A DNA stretch of 64,000 nucleotides, from the NCBI GenBank assembly GCA_951406725.2, contig OX597818.1:40176001-40240000 (forward strand). Direction: 5' to 3'. A program made the position numbers and the translations under genes. Positions 63,601-64,000 of this stretch are shown here, piece by piece. Under the pieces are notes generated by a model. That model saw only the letters and a program-made list of their open reading frames with translations. It did no database searches and was not told where the DNA came from. Numbering within the stretch: position 1 is the stretch's first letter; the number at the start of each line of letters is the position of its first letter. Origin of the DNA: Octopus vulgaris. Its lineage: Eukaryota.

Positions 63601-64000
63601 AGTGGGATTGAACTCAGACCCATGTGGTTAGAAAGCTACCTTCTCAAAACATAGCTATTCCTACACCTGCAACCTGCATGAAACCGGCTCTGGCTCTGAG
63701 TACAAATGTCTTGTTTCCCTAAGTTTTGAATTAAAATCTTCCGCCAAACCTTAGTCACAATTTATGTTCTTAACACTAGTTGAATGATAACTAAGTTATT
63801 TTACTAAATTCTTTCTTATATTTAAAATAATTGAAAGAAACACAGAGTATCTCAAAATAAATACAGTAACAAAAGGGTTAAATATTGAATGTTAAAATGT
63901 TAAAATAAATATTAAATATTAGAAATCAGTATTAAATGCAGAGACAGTCATTACTTTCTATTTTCTTGTATCTTTTTCAGACATGCCAACGGTTCTTTAA
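6147..64000 (+). CDS. ARAP: Partial multi-exon gene (25 exons) for an ARAP/centaurin-delta family protein (ArfGAP with RhoGAP, ankyrin and PH domains); both ends lie outside the window
   Basis: Manual splicing gives one open frame of about 558 aa. It has the ArfGAP zinc finger CADC-x16-CLKC-SGIHR preceded by IWENNSNKH, an ankyrin segment ending GQRLQIEFLLQN, and flanking PH domains (EGYLLKT...FLRRWCLL...W). This order and these motifs match ARAP1-3 as I recall them. Paralog number cannot be assigned. Confidence 0.9.
6684..6986 (+). mobile_element. SINE family C, full length
   Basis: A box TGGCCTAGTGG, B box GGTTCGAATCT; TSD acctttctttatat at 6670-6683 and 6987-7000. Confidence 0.9.
7565..7981 (-). 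mobile_element. SINE family A inserted in a family E MITE
   Basis: MITE sequence stops at about 7560 and resumes by about 8160, ending ggttaa at 8302. Confidence 0.85.
8311..8558 (-). mobile_element. RTE-type LINE 3' UTR fragment (family B)
   Basis: (CAT)n followed by ttaacgtccgctttccatgctagcatggg; one 62-bp unit; matches 16861-17110. Confidence 0.8.
8785..8838 (+). CDS. ARAP: ARAP exon: linker PPANGFVAGGNMSYPDKK
   Basis: cgacag/gtaagt, 54 nt, phase 0-0; PDKK+G forms the start of the next PH domain. Confidence 0.8.
9052..9447. repeat. Compound (TCA)n/(TCT)n trinucleotide tract of about 130 triplets
   Basis: Seen directly; it is the expanded tail of a diverged family B copy at about 9447-9630. 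Confidence 0.95.
9931..10331 (+). mobile_element. SINE family A, diverged full-length copy
   Basis: ggtgcagaagtggctgtgtgg head through tgactgaaaccaataaaag tail. Confidence 0.8.
11327..11410 (+). CDS. ARAP: ARAP exon: PH domain GIIKFENERAKVFVALKGSILCYYHNQK
   Basis: tgacag/gtagct, 84 nt, phase 0-0, PH beta1-beta3 pattern. Confidence 0.88.
11598..11704 (+). CDS. ARAP: ARAP exon: PH domain DYEIASPIHEIDMKLAAVKELARNKLQLCTHYCNI(N)
   Basis: gtgcag/gtaagt, 107 nt, phase 0-2. Confidence 0.88.
12257..12638 (+). mobile_element. Solo-LTR-like repeat
   Basis: Starts TGTTGT, has short terminal inverted repeats, a TATA-like cctataaa (about 12485) and AATAAA (about 12543); a partial inverted copy lies at 59428-59661; no TSD found. 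Confidence 0.6.
12763..13215. mobile_element. piggyBac-type MITE family F with a family E MITE nested at 12931-13159
   Basis: Outer TIR ttaaccctttcgttac/gtaacgaaagggttaa; inner ttaaccctttag/ctaaagggttaa; family F relatives without the insert at 44662-44892 and 63670-63881. Confidence 0.85.
13265..13349 (+). CDS. ARAP: ARAP exon: end of PH domain MIFDNTQEMKGWKVVLTNAIDSALVDLQ
   Basis: ttccag/gtaaaa, 85 nt, phase 2-0, conserved PH tryptophan. Confidence 0.9.
13450..13610. repeat. Small foldback-like element with about 15-bp gggggtaattgtcct repeats
   Basis: Four direct units at 13540-13605 and inverted units (gacaattac, aggacaac) at 13465-13490; interrupts a family A SINE head. Confidence 0.5.
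13777..14073 (-). mobile_element. SINE family C nested in the microsatellite of a + strand family A SINE (about 13405-14300)
   Basis: Full family C sequence; family A sequence continues on both sides. Confidence 0.85.
14460..14732. mobile_element. Penelope-like fragment with an inverted duplication, inserted in (TA)n
   Basis: 57-bp inverted arms at 14516-14572 and 14676-14732; hammerhead-like motif inside; second copy at 47227-47525. Confidence 0.6.
14598..14648 (+). ncRNA. Minimal type I hammerhead ribozyme-like motif with a G3-C8 core
   Basis: tttgtca-GTGAACA-g-gtcac/gcgac-GAAA-atat-TT-tgacaaa: 7-bp stem I, stem II with 4 of 5 pairs, palindromic stem III. Confidence 0.55.
15481..15802 (-). 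mobile_element. RTE 3' UTR fragment (family B) with about 2.5 internal units
   Basis: Same tail and body as the other family B copies. Confidence 0.8.
16861..18168 (-). mobile_element. Long RTE 3' end (family B) containing an expanded tandem array
   Basis: (CAT)n tail at left; tcacttgcctcaacaggtcttcacaag near 18055-18080 corresponds to the ORF-terminal ...KTCxxK* segment seen at 62868-62891. Confidence 0.8.
17039..17995. repeat. 62-65 bp tandem array: 13 near-identical units plus 2-3 diverged ones
   Basis: Unit tgtgccaccgacacaggtgccagac-(variable)-cacgctcggatggtgttttta, counted by eye. Confidence 0.95.
18315..18375 (+). CDS. ARAP: ARAP exon: ArfGAP start IARKIWENNSNKHCADCGME(E)
   Basis: tttcag/gtaagc, 61 nt, phase 0-1, first CxxC. 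Confidence 0.95.
19001..19044 (+). ncRNA. Minimal hammerhead ribozyme-like motif (CUGAUGC core)
   Basis: gacca-CTGATGC-g-gtcaca-ggag-tgtgac-GAAA-gaac-TC-tggcc: perfect 6-bp stem II, stem I with 4 of 5 pairs. Confidence 0.5.
19951..20004 (+). CDS. ARAP: ARAP exon: ArfGAP PTWAAIDLGMVFCLKCS(G)
   Basis: cttcag/gtgaga, 54 nt, phase 1-1, second CxxC at exact 16-residue spacing. Confidence 0.95.
20371..20408 (-). ncRNA. Minimal hammerhead ribozyme-like motif (CUGUUGA core) in a Penelope-like fragment at about 20272-20470
   Basis: Minus strand tcttt-CTGTTGA-a-gagc-gtag-gctc-GAAA-cg-TT-aaaga; the fragment abuts (TA)n. Confidence 0.45.
21150..21223 (+). CDS. ARAP: ARAP exon: ArfGAP IHRDFNVVKSMTLDVKVWTTSLIE with the arginine finger
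   Basis: cttcag/gtaagt, 74 nt, phase 1-0, GIHR and VKSxTLD motifs. Confidence 0.95.
21327..21536. repeat. (CT)n microsatellite with periodic cagt interruptions
   Basis: Seen directly. Confidence 0.95.
21902..22084 (+). CDS. ARAP: ARAP exon: ArfGAP C-terminal half VLLRIGNENANNFWE...ERKLFIENKYKNKAF...EELNE
   Basis: ttgcag/gtaagt, 183 nt, phase 0-0, GN-x2-AN-x-FWE and R-x2-FI-x2-KY motifs; overlaps ORF 21896..22132. Confidence 0.96.
22255..22477. repeat. 21-bp minisatellite, about 10 degenerate units, inside a family B copy
   Basis: Unit approximately ggtgctgttatgtgtcacctgcac. Confidence 0.85.
23137..23205 (+). CDS. ARAP: ARAP exon: ankyrin region ALLKAAQEDDILKTMRILYSGAD
   Basis: ttatag/gtaagt, 69 nt, phase 0-0, L-x2-GAD ankyrin motif. 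Confidence 0.92.
24149..24185 (+). CDS. ARAP: ARAP exon: INYYSPNNPNMT(A)
   Basis: Long polypyrimidine tract, tttcag/gtaata, 37 nt, phase 0-1; GAD+IN continues the ankyrin motif. Confidence 0.85.
24540..25480 (+). mobile_element. Degraded RTE LINE ORF2 C-terminal fragment interrupted by a family D SINE
   Basis: Relic peptide IRRHQAQFIGYHMRRKSLVHLASTGKLKGR at about 25258-25350, resembling the RTE C-terminus. Confidence 0.55.
24770..25187 (-). mobile_element. SINE family D with an internal tandem duplication of about 180 bp
   Basis: Head ggcgagctggcagaaacgttagc on the minus strand; TSD ctgtagttagt at 24758-24768 and 25187-25197. Confidence 0.85.
25589..26110. mobile_element. hAT-type MITE interrupted by a LINE fragment
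   Basis: TIR caggcatgagcaa/ttgctcatgactg; imperfect 8-bp TSD gtctaaaa/gttaaaaa. Confidence 0.6.
25656..26020 (-). mobile_element. 5'-truncated RTE-X-like LINE, ORF2 C-terminus intact, (TGA)n tail
   Basis: ORF 25667..26029 LDGTYTRLL...SWKRHPT...YG.LPPVS...RRVQFAGHCCR...DREVWR; TSD tttgtccac(c/a)ct at 25644-25655 and 26021-26032. Confidence 0.88.
26680..26720 (+). CDS. ARAP: ARAP exon: YQLAKSSGQRLQI
   Basis: ttccag/gtaagt, 41 nt, phase 1-0, T-A-x2-LA-x3-GQ ankyrin motif. Confidence 0.9.
27241..27585. repeat. (ATT)n/(ATTT) low-complexity tract
   Basis: Seen directly; abuts a family B fragment at 27097-27240. Confidence 0.95.
28808..28835 (+). CDS. ARAP: ARAP exon: EFLLQNQCE(R)
   Basis: ttgcag/gtaagt, 28 nt, phase 0-1, completes GQxLQxEFLxxN. 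Confidence 0.88.
28988..29298 (+). mobile_element. SINE with a family C head and a different 3' half
   Basis: ggaggcgcaatggcccagtggtc head, similar to family C up to about 29172, then unrelated sequence ending (cacggtgat)2; inserted in (TA)n. Confidence 0.8.
29855..30150 (-). mobile_element. SINE family C
   Basis: TSD ctatcacttaattt at 29841-29854 and 30151-30164. Confidence 0.88.
30324..30984. mobile_element. Mariner-type MITE containing a family A SINE (30484-30917, minus strand)
   Basis: TA-ttgggttgtccggaaactttgtgccg ... ccggcacaaactttctggacaacccaa-TA. Confidence 0.85.
31104..31138 (+). CDS. ARAP: ARAP exon: linker KLSSQQESCDE
   Basis: Poly-T tract, tttcag/gtaaac, 35 nt, phase 1-0, needed to reconcile the phases of the flanking exons. 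Confidence 0.78.
32247..32612. mobile_element. Two family D SINEs head to head (inverted pair)
   Basis: gatttcaaattttggcac at left, gtgccaaaatttgaaacc at right; junction at about 32408. Confidence 0.75.
32927..32999 (+). CDS. ARAP: ARAP exon: start of the post-ankyrin PH domain LALSSKRNGVNYEGYLLKTGVNMK
   Basis: ttacag/gtaaga, 73 nt, phase 0-1, EGYLxK beta1 motif. Confidence 0.92.
34630..34910 (+). mobile_element. RTE 3' UTR fragment (family B)
   Basis: Ends catggaaagcagacgttaaatgatgatgat. Confidence 0.8.
35552..35936 (+). mobile_element. SINE family A, full length
   Basis: aggcgcaggagtggctgtgtggtaag head with A/B boxes. Confidence 0.87.
36912..37185 (+). mobile_element. 5'-truncated CR1-type LINE 3' end with (AATTG)n tail
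   Basis: 36915-37085 reads LRGHSEKLYLRRFHLNRGRGAFSVRVADPWNKLPDEIVKMPTTARFKVSLDQKWPE*, with the RGH..KL and FS.RV...WN.LP motifs; aagctg on both flanks. Confidence 0.85.
37618..38000 (+). mobile_element. SINE family A, diverged
   Basis: Colinear head, body and tail. Confidence 0.78.
38446..39732 (-). mobile_element. Full-length (about 1.29 kb) mariner transposon, inactive
   Basis: TIRs ttgggtcatccaataaataatgc and gcattatttatgagatgacccaa, with TA TSDs at 38444-38445 and 39733-39734. Confidence 0.92.
38501..39546 (-). pseudogene. Mariner D,D34D-type transposase pseudogene
   Basis: Starts MEVTKEHIQHILLYELNKG at 39546; VTGDKKW, VWWDMKG, HQDNAQPH and HPPYLPEIAPSDYHLF motifs are spread over several frames. 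Confidence 0.9.
41542..41574 (+). CDS. ARAP: ARAP symmetric 33-nt exon (E)KRASVLIKSR(D), possibly a cassette exon
   Basis: Long U-rich tract, ttctccag acceptor, G|gtaagg donor, phase 1-1, open in the required frame. Confidence 0.65.
42740..43200 (+). mobile_element. Degraded RTE LINE fragment
   Basis: Relic peptides KIFNKYILPVMICSSETW and RWAVLITQLKNNRWT...RSRG*PKTRW*DDL. Confidence 0.6.
45822..46692 (-). mobile_element. Two tandem copies (one partial) of an unclassified repeat embedded in (ATT)n
   Basis: 45822-46113 duplicates 46152-46447; (ATT)n on both flanks and between the copies; orientation inferred from a presumed (AAT)n tail. Confidence 0.65.
47392..47442 (+). ncRNA. Second G3-C8 hammerhead-like motif, in Penelope-like fragment 47227-47525
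   Basis: tttgtca-GTGAACA-c-gtcgc/gagac-GAAA-atat-TT-tgacaaa. Confidence 0.5.
49165..49728 (+). mobile_element. Non-autonomous Helitron/Helentron-like element
   Basis: 5' hairpin ctgtccaatggacag; 3' tcaattttgagcgcaatcgg...(acag)n...ttttatataatagat, a layout recalled from HINE/Lep1-like elements. Confidence 0.4.
49910..50580 (-). mobile_element. RTE LINE 3' portion: decayed ORF2 end plus family B UTR
   Basis: Minus strand relic ...GRGRLQKMWDEVVRKDLKMLGLTGGMTRDQDFW*FAVLKRHI-like segment running into the family B UTR and tail. Confidence 0.7.
50788..50849 (+). CDS. ARAP: ARAP exon: PH domain (D)FLRRWCLLEHGRLSYYADKK
   Basis: ttccag/gtatgt, 62 nt, phase 1-0, RRWCxL...LxYY motif. Confidence 0.95.
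52521..52588 (+). CDS. ARAP: ARAP exon: PH domain NTAARGSIENTQMLVIQATHTE(K)
   Basis: ttctag/gtaaat, 68 nt, phase 0-2, GxI beta4 motif. Confidence 0.87.
52718..53213 (+). mobile_element. RTE 3' end (family B)
   Basis: Typical body and (GAT)n tail. Confidence 0.8.
53590..53698 (+). CDS. ARAP: ARAP exon: end of PH domain YKHSFELSTTQNNNRIYQFATDELEEQTKWMQAIAK
   Basis: cttcag/gttagt, 109 nt, phase 2-0, classic FEL...R.Y.F....W..AI. Confidence 0.95.
53880..54665. mobile_element. Cluster of family B copies (+, short minus, +)
   Basis: Tails at about 54283 and 54665; inverted fragment at 54340-54428. Confidence 0.75.
55038..55238 (-). mobile_element. SINE family D
   Basis: Family D body; tgctattctta on both flanks. 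Confidence 0.8.
55697..55783 (+). CDS. ARAP: ARAP exon: VFSPNEGFSKISESMFDLAGIFYIKWHGI
   Basis: ttctag/gtaagt, 87 nt, phase 0-0, FD-x2-G-x2-Y-x-K start of the next PH domain. Confidence 0.9.
56233..56618 (+). mobile_element. SINE family A, diverged
   Basis: Colinear head, body and tail. Confidence 0.75.
56905..56961 (+). CDS. ARAP: ARAP exon: EWTKSWIMVSGKDLTYLTN
   Basis: ctatag/gtaagt, 57 nt, phase 0-0, W-x3-W...L-x-Y PH beta2-beta3 pattern. Confidence 0.88.
57205..57905 (-). mobile_element. 5'-truncated CR1/L2-group LINE: ORF2 C-terminus and 3' UTR
   Basis: Minus strand QPHLEFA*LVWNSYLAQDINRLETIQ...YSERL...LADTHKII...HGHVYKI...HFFMLRVAEAWNKPP (includes ORF 57349..57606). Confidence 0.85.
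58499..58544 (+). CDS. ARAP: ARAP exon: EKTWEHLDLRKTVKM(T)
   Basis: ttacag/gtgagt, 46 nt, phase 0-1, LxLRK motif recalled from the ARAP fourth PH domain. Confidence 0.88.
58960..61000 (+). mobile_element. Highly decayed Jockey/CR1-group LINE interrupted by an LTR-like fragment, a MITE and a SINE
   Basis: Relic RT motifs SVPQG (59031), LMRPSMECCSYIWDSA (59753) and YFPRTLTP*NSL (about 60908). Confidence 0.5.
60023..60246 (-). mobile_element. SINE family D inserted in a family E MITE (60001-60450)
   Basis: TSD cattcaaattagtc at 60009-60022 and 60247-60260. Confidence 0.85.
61022..61245 (+). mobile_element. SINE family D
   Basis: ggcggccggctggcagaatcgttagc head; ggtattaccagtgtt on both flanks. 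Confidence 0.85.
61813..61894 (+). CDS. ARAP: ARAP exon: KISTPDERCIGAIQNNGHCFVAVFPK(I)
   Basis: ttttag/gtaagt, 82 nt, phase 1-2. Confidence 0.82.
62194..62577 (+). mobile_element. SINE family D, long form
   Basis: 17-bp TSD aatatgcccacagtgag at 62178-62194 and 62578-62594. Confidence 0.9.
62770..63098 (+). mobile_element. RTE 3' end: last 29 codons of ORF2 plus family B UTR
   Basis: 62802-62891 reads LRTLGLMEAVTGDQDPWRYTVLEKTCQAK*, followed directly by the family B body and (GAT)n tail. Confidence 0.8.
63129..63201 (+). CDS. ARAP: ARAP exon: ALYLQADLQHDTERLATLMQKATV
   Basis: tttcag/gtaagt, 73 nt, phase 2-0, LYxQ...QKA end of the fourth PH domain. Confidence 0.88.
63225..63668 (-). mobile_element. 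SINE family A
   Basis: Colinear with the other copies; begins about 20 nt after the exon donor. Confidence 0.82.
63981..64000 (+). CDS. ARAP: Probable next ARAP exon (TCQRFF...), truncated by the window end; would lead into the RhoGAP domain
   Basis: Strong polypyrimidine tract and tttcag at 63975-63980; open in phase 0; only 20 nt visible. Confidence 0.55.

Overview
AT-rich, repeat-dense eukaryotic DNA. The repeat complement (tRNA-derived SINEs with internal CA/TA microsatellites, RTE 3' ends with (ATG)n tails, TTAA MITEs) suggests an octopus or other coleoid cephalopod; this is an inference. From 6147 to the window end it carries one + strand gene, which I reconstructed by hand as 25 short GT-AG exons (28-183 nt, about 1.68 kb of CDS, all splice phases compatible, no stops); the first 6 kb is probably the upstream intron. 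The order end of PH - PH - ArfGAP (C-x2-C-x16-C-x2-C-x4-R) - ankyrin - PH - PH - linker identifies an ARAP (centaurin-delta) family protein. The gene starts and ends outside the window, and almost all of the supplied ORF track is spurious repeat translation. The introns hold three SINE families, RTE/RTE-X/CR1 LINE remnants, a full-length dead mariner, a dead Merlin element, piggyBac-, hAT- and mariner-type MITEs, a solo-LTR-like repeat and a 62-bp array with dimeric higher-order structure. The most interesting observations are several minimal hammerhead-ribozyme-like motifs with variant cores (two with a G3-C8 swap) in Penelope-like fragments, and a symmetric 33-nt exon, plus a possible 9-nt one, that rewrites the beta1-beta2 loop of a PH domain. 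Repeat boundaries are approximate unless a TSD or TIR is quoted. No database search or folding program was run.
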